A stretch of DNA of 64,000 nucleotides from a virus. The translations under genes were made by a program, and so were the position numbers. The notes under the pieces are model-generated. The model was not told the origin of the DNA. It worked only from the letters and a program-made list of their open reading frames with translations, and did not search any database. The stretch is from IMG/VR virus record IMGVR_UViG_3300050166_000039, positions 18,059 through 82,058 of that record. One strand, given 5' to 3'. Shown piece by piece: positions 54,787-64,000 of this stretch; positions within the stretch are counted from its first letter, which is position 1, and every line of letters begins with the position of its first letter.

Positions 54787-55529
54787 TGGAGATAGAAGAG
54801 CAGATCAAGAGAATCGAGATCAAGGGCAAGAGACACTACCAGGTCACTAAAGGTGGCATTATCTTGGGTACCTTTCCGTCAGTGACCTCAGTTCTTGGAG
54901 AAACCTCTGACAAATCAGGCTTAGATAAGTGGAGACAGAAAGTCGGTGAGGCCGAGGCAGACAGAATCTCTAAGCTATCAATGAACCGTGGCACCGTCAT
55001 GCACCGCCTAATCGAGCTATATAAGCCTTTAACTGGCTCGAAAGAGGAGAGACTCGAGTCAATTAAGTGGCACCTGAGAAATGATAGGGAGATTAAAAGC
55101 TTTGATGAGGAATACATCTTACAAGGCTTTGAGTTCTTTATGAAGTTCTACACCAATTCAAGTCAATTCTTTGACCGAGTAGAGCAGGTGCTCGCAGCCG
55201 AGAAGTTCCTATGGTCAGTAAAAGGCGGAGGTTACGCTGGTACCGTCGATAACGTGTCTTTACTAACAGATCGTGGAGTTACTGTCATTGACTATAAGAA
55301 CTCAAGAAAGCCGAAGACCGAGGCCTGGATTCAAGACTACTTTATACAGGCCTCAGCCTACACCATTGCATTCTGGGAGAGAACGGGTACGCGGCCCAAA
55401 GGCGTAGAGATTTGGATTGCAAACGAGCAAGAGGCAATACCACAGGTATTCAGCCTAACAGAATCTGATATTAAATTTTACTTTAAGGAGTTTCAAACCA
55501 GATTAGTGCAATATAAGCTACTTCACTGA
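54786..55529 (+). CDS. PD-(D/E)XK exonuclease (phage Cas4-like)
   Basis: PSVTSVL, RGTVMH, AGTVD, IDYKNS, QASAY; start at ATG 54786. Confidence 0.85.
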   Translation: MEIEEQIKRIEIKGKRHYQVTKGGIILGTFPSVTSVLGETSDKSGLDKWRQKVGEAEADRISKLSMNRGTVMHRLIELYKPLTGSKEERLESIKWHLRNDREIKSFDEEYILQGFEFFMKFYTNSSQFFDRVEQVLAAEKFLWSVKGGGYAGTVDNVSLLTDRGVTVIDYKNSRKPKTEAWIQDYFIQASAYTIAFWERTGTRPKGVEIWIANEQEAIPQVFSLTESDIKFYFKEFQTRLVQYKLLH

Positions 55530-55562
55530 AATATATAGATACAACAATAAAAATGTAATATT

Positions 55563-55835
55563 ATGCAAAAGTTAAACGAATTTTTAGCACAACACGCATC
55601 AAAGATAATCATCGTCTTATTAGTTTTAACCTGGTCTAAATCATGCTCAGTTGATTCTGAGTTAACAAAGGTTAAGAAGCACTTAGCTGTGATTGATTCT
55701 CTACCAACTCAAAAGGACCTTAAGATTGAAGGTCTTAAAGCTGAGAAGCGGATGATTCAAGCCACTGACAGAAAAATGTTAGATGTGCAACGTCAATCTC
55801 AAATCGATGAGGAATTAAAGCAGTTAGGAAAGTAA
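55563..55835 (+). CDS. Small membrane/lipoprotein with coiled coil
   Basis: TM helix, KSCS, coiled coil. Confidence 0.55.
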   Translation: MQKLNEFLAQHASKIIIVLLVLTWSKSCSVDSELTKVKKHLAVIDSLPTQKDLKIEGLKAEKRMIQATDRKMLDVQRQSQIDEELKQLGK

Positions 55836-56011
55836 TGCCGATTGAAAAGAAATCAGAGGGCTTCGGTGACACCGTTCAGAAGTTCACTGATGCAACTGGA
55901 ATCTCTAGGGTAGTGAAGGCAATTGCAAAGGTCGCCGGCATTAACGATTGTGGATGCGGAGCCAGACAACAGTCAATGAACAAGGCTTTTCCCTATAAAA
56001 AAAGTAAATAG
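55835..56011 (+). CDS. Small hypothetical protein (58 aa)
   Basis: Read from sequence: GFGDTVQKFTDATGI...DCGCGARQQSMN..FPY. Confidence 0.6.
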   Translation: MPIEKKSEGFGDTVQKFTDATGISRVVKAIAKVAGINDCGCGARQQSMNKAFPYKKSK

Positions 56012-56013
56012 AA

Positions 56014-56790
56014 ATGAATAAAGTTATAATAGACAGATTCGTAATAGGCACCTTTGTTGCCCTATATTTAGCCGTATCTGTCATCTCAACCATACACGTA
56101 GTGGAATTTTTTAGCATGTCTAATCCATATTGGTTAGCAGTGTCTCTTGCAGTTGCCTTTGAGCTAGGAGCAGCCGCTTCTCTAGCATCACTAATCACAC
56201 TGGATAAAATGAACAAGGGACTTGTGTGGGCCCTGTTTATTACAATCACCTTAATGCAAATGCAAGGTAACATGTATTATGCGTTTAAGAACATTACCGA
56301 TTACAAAGAGTGGTCTGAGTTATTTAATCTAATAGAGGAGGACGTTCTATACCAAAAAAGAATCTTAGCCTTTGTATCTGGTGCTATTTTACCTCTAGTG
56401 GCTTTAGGTTTCATTAAGTCTTTAGTAGACTACATCAAACCAGATAAGACTCAACCTCAGAGCATTGAACAGCCTGAGTCAGAGTTAAAGGTTGATCAGG
56501 TTGAAAAAAAAACTAAAGTCGACAGTTTAGAAGGACCTGTTGGGAATAATGGACCCAATGATTCTACGTTACAACCGGTTCTTATTGACGAGCCTATTGA
56601 AGAGGAGTTAGAGATTGATTCAGTTGAGCCTAAAGAAATCATCGAGAACGCAAGAGATCTAAATCAATTTCTAAATGAAACCAATCCATACGTCGGAGGT
56701 CTAATTAATAGACAGCCGTCTAAAAGAACGATTGGAGACGATAATAGACCCACTGGATTTATTCACCCTGACAAGCTAAACAATGCTTAA
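56014..56790 (+). CDS. Multi-pass membrane protein
   Basis: Four hydrophobic helices then an acidic disordered tail. Confidence 0.65.
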   Translation: MNKVIIDRFVIGTFVALYLAVSVISTIHVVEFFSMSNPYWLAVSLAVAFELGAAASLASLITLDKMNKGLVWALFITITLMQMQGNMYYAFKNITDYKEWSELFNLIEEDVLYQKRILAFVSGAILPLVALGFIKSLVDYIKPDKTQPQSIEQPESELKVDQVEKKTKVDSLEGPVGNNGPNDSTLQPVLIDEPIEEELEIDSVEPKEIIENARDLNQFLNETNPYVGGLINRQPSKRTIGDDNRPTGFIHPDKLNNA

Positions 56791-57208
56791 AAGACTTAAA
56801 TTAAACATTCCGAGCCCATATATCAGTAAGCCGATGGATGTTGACACTATGAAAAGGGCTATGGAATACGACTTAGGTGTAGTTCATAGCCTGTATTGTA
56901 TTAAGAATGATGCGAAGGATAAGTTACCTTTCGCTGAGATTGATAGTAAACGCTTTGAGTTGATGGCTCATGTCAGAGTCAGGTTTGCTCTGGTTGGAGA
57001 CGCTAAAGCCCAAGCATGGCAAGTTAAACCCTTCTCTAAACTGTTAAAGATTCAACCCGAATATACATTTATCTGCATTCTAACCTCTAGAAAGCAGAAC
57101 ACTAACATCTACTTTAAAAAGCACGTCACCCGAAATCAAGACCTTGTGTACGACTTAATAGAGGATTCATATCAAGATTTGCAGATTTTACTAGGCTCCT
57201 ACGAGTAA
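56783..57208 (+). CDS. Hypothetical protein
   Basis: 141-aa ORF. Confidence 0.6.
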   Translation: MLKRLKLNIPSPYISKPMDVDTMKRAMEYDLGVVHSLYCIKNDAKDKLPFAEIDSKRFELMAHVRVRFALVGDAKAQAWQVKPFSKLLKIQPEYTFICILTSRKQNTNIYFKKHVTRNQDLVYDLIEDSYQDLQILLGSYE

Positions 57209-57256
57209 ACAAAGCCCTATTAAAGTGTATAAATACTAAAGTTAACTTATACATCT

Positions 57257-59158
57257 ATGATTGGAATTTGGATTGACACAGCTGCTTTGGGTGATACTAT
57301 CGCAGCAATCCCAGCCTGTAAGAAAATTGCGGCTGCATACAGACCCAACGAGCACAAGATTTTATTTACAACCCGACCTGAACTGTTCGAGGGCCATCAA
57401 TGGTTCTCACAGGTCTTTGAATATAATGAGGGCGTGGCAGCTCAATGTAACTCGGTTCATCGTCTATTTTCACCGATTGTTGGTAAATCATATCAATTAG
57501 CAGGCGGCGAGACCATAGAATGGCGCTACTCAAACATGGACATTCGTCAATTTCATGCAGTTTCACAAGGCTTTATGTTACAAGCCGATGAGATGGAGAC
57601 AGACCTATTTGTAGAAAGACAACGCGAGTTAGAAGTTCACGATTATGTTATCATTCATCCAACTTTTACCTGGGCTTCAAGAACCTGGGATGTTGCAAAA
57701 TGGCAAGAGTTAGTGGATAGATTAAACGCTAACGGAATCCCGGTTGTAGCGGTGGGCCGAAGTGGCAAGGAGCAGGGATTCTTTAACGTTGATAAGCCGG
57801 TGATGGACATCAACATTAAGTATGGAGTTAACCTGTTAGATGACCCGGATAATGACGTGGCAGAATTAAGGTGGATGATGAATCATAGAGCGAGAGCAGT
57901 GGTTACAATGGACTCTGGAATTTTACATGTAGCCGGCACCACAGATGTGAATATCATTCAATTAGGCTCCTCAATCGCACCAAAGTTGCGGGCTCCTTGG
58001 AGACAAGGCTCACAGGATTATAAATATGAGTATGTTGGTGGACCCTGCTCATTATTCTGTTCCAGTAACATGCAGTATAACGTACAAGTGCACGGTAGTA
58101 TCCACGGAGTGCCACCACAGGTCCACTGTTTAGAAAATAAGCCCACTTTCGAGTGTCATCCAGTGGTAGACCAAGTGTTTCAGTCAGTGTTAAAGTTGTA
58201 TGAGGATGCGGAGCTGGTGCAAGTTGAGCCGAGTAGAATATGTGTCACTACAATCTACAATGAAGCTTATAGAGAAATGGCTGATATCACAACGCTTAAC
58301 TTTAAGAAGTATTGCCAGATTCACGGCTACTCCTTTGAGCCAGTTCTAATTGAAGATGGCTTAGAGAAGACTCCACATTGGCAAAAAATTAGAGTGGTTA
58401 AAGAGCTATTACAGTCAGGTAAATATGACTGGGTTTTCTTTATAGACCTAGACTGCTTGATTATGAACACTACTATTAAGTTGGAACGTTTCCTGTCCAA
58501 TGAGCACTTTATGATTATCTCAGGTCATGAAGACCAGCCAGACACACCAATCTTAAACTCCGGCGGAACTCATAGCTTAATGACAGCTCAGTTTCTGGTT
58601 AAAAACTGCCCGGAAGCCATTCAATTCTTAGATGATGTTTGGGCTGCGAAAGAGACCGAGGACAAGATTGAGGTCTTTGACTATGAGATGAGACAAGTTA
58701 GATACAGCGCCGATAAGGCTCACTTTAAAGCGGGCATTAAGGTCTTAGCTCCTGATAAATTTAACCGGTTCTGGTATACTACAAGCCCGTTCATGCTGCA
58801 CCACTTTCCAAAAACAAACAACGATGCCTGGAAACCAGGAGACTTTATTGTTCATGTACCGGCCGGCTATGGCAAGAGTCGTATTGAAATGTTAAGTGAC
58901 CTGAACTTTTTTAGTGGTGGTGAATTGGTAGGACACGAGTTTATGGAGGACATGCTACTCCTAGAACCTTACACCGATATGGAGAACATTAAGATTGTAA
59001 CGAAACAGTTAGACGGCGCTCCAATCATGAATTATAACCTACATGAATTAAAGGTTAGGACCAAAATCAAACTATTCTTAAACGAGATTAGAAACAATAT
59101 TAGAGTAGAAGCATATAATGAAAAAGGTGAGCTGATTTCAGTTCAAATTGTATATTAA
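57257..59158 (+). CDS. Bifunctional glycosyltransferase (GT9-like plus GT34-like)
   Basis: LGDTIAAIP, MDSGILHVAG; C-terminal WQKI, FFIDLD, WKPGDFIVH. Confidence 0.75.
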   Translation: MIGIWIDTAALGDTIAAIPACKKIAAAYRPNEHKILFTTRPELFEGHQWFSQVFEYNEGVAAQCNSVHRLFSPIVGKSYQLAGGETIEWRYSNMDIRQFHAVSQGFMLQADEMETDLFVERQRELEVHDYVIIHPTFTWASRTWDVAKWQELVDRLNANGIPVVAVGRSGKEQGFFNVDKPVMDINIKYGVNLLDDPDNDVAELRWMMNHRARAVVTMDSGILHVAGTTDVNIIQLGSSIAPKLRAPWRQGSQDYKYEYVGGPCSLFCSSNMQYNVQVHGSIHGVPPQVHCLENKPTFECHPVVDQVFQSVLKLYEDAELVQVEPSRICVTTIYNEAYREMADITTLNFKKYCQIHGYSFEPVLIEDGLEKTPHWQKIRVVKELLQSGKYDWVFFIDLDCLIMNTTIKLERFLSNEHFMIISGHEDQPDTPILNSGGTHSLMTAQFLVKNCPEAIQFLDDVWAAKETEDKIEVFDYEMRQVRYSADKAHFKAGIKVLAPDKFNRFWYTTSPFMLHHFPKTNNDAWKPGDFIVHVPAGYGKSRIEMLSDLNFFSGGELVGHEFMEDMLLLEPYTDMENIKIVTKQLDGAPIMNYNLHELKVRTKIKLFLNEIRNNIRVEAYNEKGELISVQIVY

Positions 59159-62100
59159 TGAGAGCATTTATTACACATACCACCGAGAACTACGAGCAAG
59201 TGGTTCTGAACCTAGCAAAGAGTATTCAACGATACTCTAACTATCCATTGGTAGTCTATACCATAGATTACGATGGCGGCGCAGAATTACAGGAGCTTGC
59301 AATCTGTAAAAGAATGGACCTGGGCTTACCGATTAGTGCTGAATCAGATTTTGTAGAGAAGAACGGCAATCAGTATGTTAATCGCAGCACTTATAGAACC
59401 TATATGACTCTAGCTGCAAAAATCGATGTGATGATTGACTCCATCGATTCAAAGATAGAGGAGTGGTGTTATGTCGATGCGGACTGTGTTGCAAACACAA
59501 ACATCGATGAGCTGTTCGATTATATGGAGCAGATTAGTGACTATCCTTTGGCAACACTGGGGCCACAGGAGTATGCGATGATGTATCAAGGAGAACAGCT
59601 TATTGGTAACCCATTCTGGAAAGAGGACGGCACCACTGACACTACAGCAACCCTTGAATGGCCTTTAATGGAATTCTTTGGCATGAAGCCAGAGCAGAGA
59701 ACCCCTAATTATAGAACCACTAACATCTTAATTGGTAACGCTGAGTGTAAAGAGTTCTTACAGACTTGGAGAGAGGCTAAGAATACGTTTGCAAAACTAT
59801 TCGATACTTACAGGGTTCTACCTTTTCACGAAGAGACCCTGTTTAATGTCTTAGTGTGGCAGAGAGATGACAAACACTTGCCAATGGTGTATATTAACAT
59901 TGAAGGCTCGAAGACCGTAGAACACTTCTTAGGAGTTGAGAACACCGCATTAAATCGCCTAAGTGACTTCTATACTCTACCTGCGGATAAGAGCCAGATT
60001 AAAGTTTTTCATGGAGAAAAGAGAACTGAAGAGATTGAAAAGGTTTTTGCCCTATTAGGAGTGACTAAGAAGCCTCTAAAGATTTTATTTCTTGCGCCGC
60101 ACTTATCGACAGGTGGCATGCCAGCCTTTCTTCTTCGCAGAATTCAGATGATGAAGAAGTGGACCAATCATGAAATCTTTGTTGTCGAATGGAGCATGTA
60201 TGCTGATTGTTATGTTGTGCAACGTAATGAAATACTTAAGTTGATTCCAGAGGACCACTTTATGTCAATGGGTGGTTTAGGTGAATCAGACGAAACTTTC
60301 TTTGAGAAGAGAGCCAAGATCGTAGATTTATGCTATGAATGGGGCATCGATATTATTCACTTGGATGAGATTCCAGAAGGATTTGATGGCTTCTCACCAT
60401 TTCCTATTGAAATACAGAAGGCCCTATACGCACCAATAAGACCCTGGAAGATTGTTGAAACCTGTCATAACGTTTGGTTCAAGCCAGATGAAATGAAGAA
60501 GATTGAGCCCGATGCGTATGCTACGATCGTTGCTCTACATCAAGAAAAGACTTTCAGAAAGAAGCAGGTCATGACAGAGATGATTCAATTTCCTGCAGAT
60601 TTACACTTTGGTAAACCGACAGAAACCAGAGAAGAGATTCTAACTGAATGGGGCTATAGAACTACTGGCGAATTTCATATCTGCAATATAGGCCTATGGA
60701 CTCGCGGTAAAAATCAAGCTTATGCTCTTGAAATTGCGAGAAGACTATATGAGCTCTATGGTAACACTTATCAATTTCACTTTATTGGAAATCAAGCCTC
60801 TAATTTTGAACACTACTGGAGGCCTCTGATGGAGTCAGTGCCACCTAATTGCCATATCCATGGAGAAAGAGCAGACGGTTATAAGTGGTTGATTGCCAGT
60901 GATGTGATGCTATTTACTTCAACCTGGGAATGTAACCCGATTGTCTTGGCTGAAGCTGCTGCCTATGGCACCAAAACGATGGCCTTTAATATGCCTCAAT
61001 ATGGTGAGCACTGGAAGCATAGAATTACACATTTAAGAGGCGATCTTTTCACAGATGTCGATAATTTAATTAAGCTCGTTGCAACTGAAAGAAACAAGAG
61101 TTTACCTAACGGCCTAGATGGTCATAGATTTGCAACCGAATATGAAAAACTATATATGAAATTAAATCAACTATCTCAATTTAGACATTTTACAGAAGAG
61201 GCCCCTAGCACAAGATACGAGGTTAGGTTTGATAACGGTTGCAAGTTTACTAATTTACATACAGAAGCATGTGACGTTCAATTCTTTAATAATGAAACGG
61301 GTCAACTTGTTTATACTTGTAAAGATTTACAACAAGGTCACTGGGCTAAACCATCTATTAAGTTCTATACGGACTGGAAAGTAGTTGCAACCTGGTCAGA
61401 TCGTGCCATTGAATGGAGACCAGACTTGAGAGAGACTACTTGCATAGTGGACTTTGACTCCTCTAGTTTAGGAGATACACTGGCTTTTATGGAAGTGGTT
61501 AGAGCCTGGAAAGAACAGAAAGAAATTGACAAGGTTTATGTGAAGACGTTTAAGAACTTCTTATTTAACTGGGATGACTATAACATGGATGACATTTATA
61601 GCCTAGAGCCTGGCGCAGCTTTGCCAGAACACGATCACTTATTTCAGTTAGGAGTTCACATGGGAGACCCAGCTAAAGGTGAACCAGCTTGGTATCCTCA
61701 CCTAAACAAGAGAGACTGGAGAGCTCAGTATCTTGGAGACATTGCAGCTGACGCTCTAGGTTTTACTGGTAACGCGGAGTTAAGACCTAGCTTATCTTTT
61801 GTTGATACCAGTAGACCGGTTGAAGAAAAATATGTGGTGATAGGCCTTCACTCTACTGCTCAAGCTAAATACTGGAACAATCCAACGGGTTGGCAAGAGA
61901 TTGTAGATTGGCATAAGCAGAATGGATATAGAGTCTTCATGGCTTCTCATGAAGGCGATGGTTATATGGGCAATCATTATCCAAGTGGAGTAGAGGAGAT
62001 GCCAAAGGATTTACAGAGCGTTGAAAACTGGATTCATCATGCAGAATACTTTATTGGCTTATCAAGTGGTTTAAGCTGGTTGGCATGGGCAGTTGGCGCT

Positions 62101-62334
62101 AAGATTGTCCTAATCAGTGGCTTTACACCCGAAGAGTGCGAGTTTAAGGATAAGACCCTAAGAATTATAGATAAGTCAGTATGCAATTCATGCTGGGAAT
62201 GGGGTCACTTTGATAGAGGTGACTGGAATTGGTGCCCTGCACACAAAGGCACTGAGAAACAATTTGAATGTACTAAAAAGATTACAGGTGCAAGCGTAAT
62301 TAAAGAAATAGAAGAATGGAAAAAATCACAGTAG
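59158..62334 (+). CDS. Multidomain glycosyltransferase (GT-A plus GT4-like plus autotransporter O-heptosyltransferase-like)
   Basis: YVDAD; PHLSTGGMP, ECNPIVLAEA; SSSLGDTLA, STAQAKYWNN, GLSSGLSWLAWA, CNSCW..WCP..FECTK. Confidence 0.75.
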   Translation: MRAFITHTTENYEQVVLNLAKSIQRYSNYPLVVYTIDYDGGAELQELAICKRMDLGLPISAESDFVEKNGNQYVNRSTYRTYMTLAAKIDVMIDSIDSKIEEWCYVDADCVANTNIDELFDYMEQISDYPLATLGPQEYAMMYQGEQLIGNPFWKEDGTTDTTATLEWPLMEFFGMKPEQRTPNYRTTNILIGNAECKEFLQTWREAKNTFAKLFDTYRVLPFHEETLFNVLVWQRDDKHLPMVYINIEGSKTVEHFLGVENTALNRLSDFYTLPADKSQIKVFHGEKRTEEIEKVFALLGVTKKPLKILFLAPHLSTGGMPAFLLRRIQMMKKWTNHEIFVVEWSMYADCYVVQRNEILKLIPEDHFMSMGGLGESDETFFEKRAKIVDLCYEWGIDIIHLDEIPEGFDGFSPFPIEIQKALYAPIRPWKIVETCHNVWFKPDEMKKIEPDAYATIVALHQEKTFRKKQVMTEMIQFPADLHFGKPTETREEILTEWGYRTTGEFHICNIGLWTRGKNQAYALEIARRLYELYGNTYQFHFIGNQASNFEHYWRPLMESVPPNCHIHGERADGYKWLIASDVMLFTSTWECNPIVLAEAAAYGTKTMAFNMPQYGEHWKHRITHLRGDLFTDVDNLIKLVATERNKSLPNGLDGHRFATEYEKLYMKLNQLSQFRHFTEEAPSTRYEVRFDNGCKFTNLHTEACDVQFFNNETGQLVYTCKDLQQGHWAKPSIKFYTDWKVVATWSDRAIEWRPDLRETTCIVDFDSSSLGDTLAFMEVVRAWKEQKEIDKVYVKTFKNFLFNWDDYNMDDIYSLEPGAALPEHDHLFQLGVHMGDPAKGEPAWYPHLNKRDWRAQYLGDIAADALGFTGNAELRPSLSFVDTSRPVEEKYVVIGLHSTAQAKYWNNPTGWQEIVDWHKQNGYRVFMASHEGDGYMGNHYPSGVEEMPKDLQSVENWIHHAEYFIGLSSGLSWLAWAVGAKIVLISGFTPEECEFKDKTLRIIDKSVCNSCWEWGHFDRGDWNWCPAHKGTEKQFECTKKITGASVIKEIEEWKKSQ

Positions 62335-63200
62335 TTACGGGTGGAGCCGGCTTTATTGGCCACCACTTGGTTCATGAATTAGTTGAGGCAGGAAAGAAGG
62401 TTGTAGTGTTAGACAATCTATCAACTGGCCTGATTTCTAGAATACCTGAAGGTGTAGAATTCTATAAGGTCGATGTATCTTCTACCGGCTTTTCTAAGCA
62501 CATAGATTTAAACGGTAGTGTGGATGAAATCTACCATCTAGCAGCTGCAACTTCGGTCGAGGAATCACTAAGAGACCCTGAGAAATATAAGAGAAGCATC
62601 TTAACAGCAACACAAAACATTCTGCAATGGGCTAGAGTGATTGGAGCTAGAAAAGTTGTGATGGCATCAACGGCTGCAGTATATGGTGATCCTATCCTAG
62701 TGCCAACTCATGAAGGAACCAGCTTAAATCCAATGTCAGCATACGCTAAATATAAGTGGAAAGCCGAGGTTGAAATGGCTCTAGCGCATGATGAACAACT
62801 ATCCACTGCATGCCTAAGATTCTTTAATGTCTTTGGTGAAGGTCAGCCAATGGGAGGCAGTTACGCACCAGCGGTTGCCAGATTTCAGAATCAATTTAGA
62901 AAAGGAGAGCAGATTACCGTAACTGGTGACGGTTTGCAGACCAGAGATTACATCTATGTGAAAGATGTAGTGAATGGTTTGATGCTAGCAATGGCAAAGC
63001 AGAATCACTTTATCTTAAACCTGGGCTCTGGAGAAGAACTGTCTATCATAGAGATTGCAAGATCTGTCGATAGTAATATCATTCACATTGAAGCAAGACA
63101 AGAACCTAGAAGATCAAGAGCAGATATAAAAATGGCAGGTCTAGAATTAGGCTGGAGGCCAACTCTAAATGTAATAGAGTGGATTAAACAGAATAAATAA
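62316..63200 (+). CDS. NAD-dependent epimerase/dehydratase (GalE-like)
   Basis: VTGGAGFIG, HLAA, YAKYK, RFFNVFG, GDGLQTRDYIYV. Confidence 0.9.
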   Translation: MEKITVVTGGAGFIGHHLVHELVEAGKKVVVLDNLSTGLISRIPEGVEFYKVDVSSTGFSKHIDLNGSVDEIYHLAAATSVEESLRDPEKYKRSILTATQNILQWARVIGARKVVMASTAAVYGDPILVPTHEGTSLNPMSAYAKYKWKAEVEMALAHDEQLSTACLRFFNVFGEGQPMGGSYAPAVARFQNQFRKGEQITVTGDGLQTRDYIYVKDVVNGLMLAMAKQNHFILNLGSGEELSIIEIARSVDSNIIHIEARQEPRRSRADIKMAGLELGWRPTLNVIEWIKQNK

Positions 63201-63220
63201 CATACATTAAATACAAAGAT

Positions 63221-63613
63221 ATGAAAATTGAAGTTTCAAACGGAGAGATCCTAGATAAGCACACCATCTTAAAGATCAAATTAGAGAATATCAGCGATGA
63301 AGCAAAAAGAGTTAACATTCAAAAAGAGTGGGACACTTTAACTCCATGTGTTGATAAGATTATGTCAGATTCAGAGAATGAAGCCCTGGTTGCCGAAGCA
63401 TATCAGGATCTATTAGAAGTAAATCGCAATCTATGGAAAATAGAGGACGATATTAGAGATTGTGAGAGAGCACAAGATTTTGGTAGTGAGTTTATTAGAT
63501 TGGCAAGAGCAGTTTATTACACTAACGATGACAGAAATTTAGTCAAGAAGCGAATAGATAGTTTAAGTGGTTCAACCTTAACTGAAGAAAAGGGTTACGC
63601 TGCATATAAATAA
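63221..63613 (+). CDS. DUF6165-like protein
   Basis: VSNGEILDK.TILKIK...LWKIEDDIR..ARAVY.TND.R..EEK.Y. Confidence 0.7.
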   Translation: MKIEVSNGEILDKHTILKIKLENISDEAKRVNIQKEWDTLTPCVDKIMSDSENEALVAEAYQDLLEVNRNLWKIEDDIRDCERAQDFGSEFIRLARAVYYTNDDRNLVKKRIDSLSGSTLTEEKGYAAYK

Positions 63614-63642
63614 GTTAGTAGACTCAACATAAATAATGTAGT

Positions 63643-63969
63643 ATGGAAAGCAAACTTGAACAATTTGCATCCCTGTTTAAAGGAATTACGTTTGATATTA
63701 AAATCAAGGACTCGATTGAGGAATTGATAGATGCGCCTGAAGAAAAAGAGGAGCATGTTCAACAACCTGAAACCAGAGAGAAGGCTAAAGTTGAATTAAA
63801 CAGGGCTTTGCAAAGAGCGAAAGCAGATCTAGCCAACGCCAGAAAGTTGTTTAAGCAGGGAAAGATTAGTAACGATGATCTGCTCGAGAATGAGTGGAGA
63901 GTCTATGAATTAAAAGAACAGATAGACCGGATGTACGATGACGACTATCTGGATGAACTAGGAGAATGA
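63643..63969 (+). CDS. Hypothetical coiled-coil protein
   Basis: 108-aa ORF. Confidence 0.55.
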   Translation: MESKLEQFASLFKGITFDIKIKDSIEELIDAPEEKEEHVQQPETREKAKVELNRALQRAKADLANARKLFKQGKISNDDLLENEWRVYELKEQIDRMYDDDYLDELGE

Positions 63970-64000
63970 AACACATTAAACTATTTGAAGAATTTAAGGC
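63966..64000 (+). CDS. Partial ORF beginning MKHIKLFEEFK
   Basis: ATG overlaps the previous stop; runs off the window. Confidence 0.5.
   Translation, partial: MKHIKLFEEFK

Noticed and set aside
794-61977. Short minus-strand ORFs nested in long plus-strand genes (e.g. 794, 4446, 6197, 7573, 9583, 21162, 27906, 44947, 54836, 61792)
   Set aside because: Shadow ORFs antisense to well-supported genes, with no motifs or promoters.
1-64000. Stop-codon reassignment (alternative genetic code)
   Set aside because: Conserved enzymes are full length under code 11, TAG and TGA end genes at sensible positions, and no CUA or UCA suppressor tRNA was found.

Overview
This 64-kb window is part of a large (jumbo-type) lytic dsDNA bacteriophage genome. 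It is AT-rich, densely coding and almost entirely on the + strand, and it uses the standard genetic code. The host is probably a Bacteroidota bacterium (inferred from TAnnTTT-type promoters, a lack of obvious Shine-Dalgarno sites, and a lipoprotein carrying D-S/T sequons). Protein content: RNA repair and translation functions (SerRS, two RNA ligases, a P-loop kinase, phosphoesterases); nucleotide and DNA enzymes (ThyA, guanylate kinase, ATP-dependent DNA ligase, exonucleases); a large glycan-modification set (carbamoyltransferase, glycosyltransferases, epimerases, DegT, methyltransferases); an endolysin; and an Acb1-like 2H phosphoesterase. The RNA content is rich. A ~6.3-kb tRNA array (31.1-37.3 kb) is interleaved with many tRNA-like and other structured RNAs, and four satellite tRNAs lie outside it, one of them (tRNA-Ala) split by a group I intron in its T-loop. 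The main candidate new system sits just upstream of the array: a 30-codon leader peptide overlapping an antiterminator/terminator switch. The peptide contains 19 of the 20 amino acids, the same 19 served by the array, and avoids every codon box whose tRNA lies outside the array. This looks like a pan-tRNA-sensing ribosome-mediated attenuator, followed by an rrn-type boxA, that would switch on tRNA resupply when host tRNAs are depleted. A second candidate is a family of tRNA-Leu-scaffolded RNAs whose anticodon arm is replaced by unrelated variable inserts. All RNA folds were read by eye and need computational or experimental confirmation.
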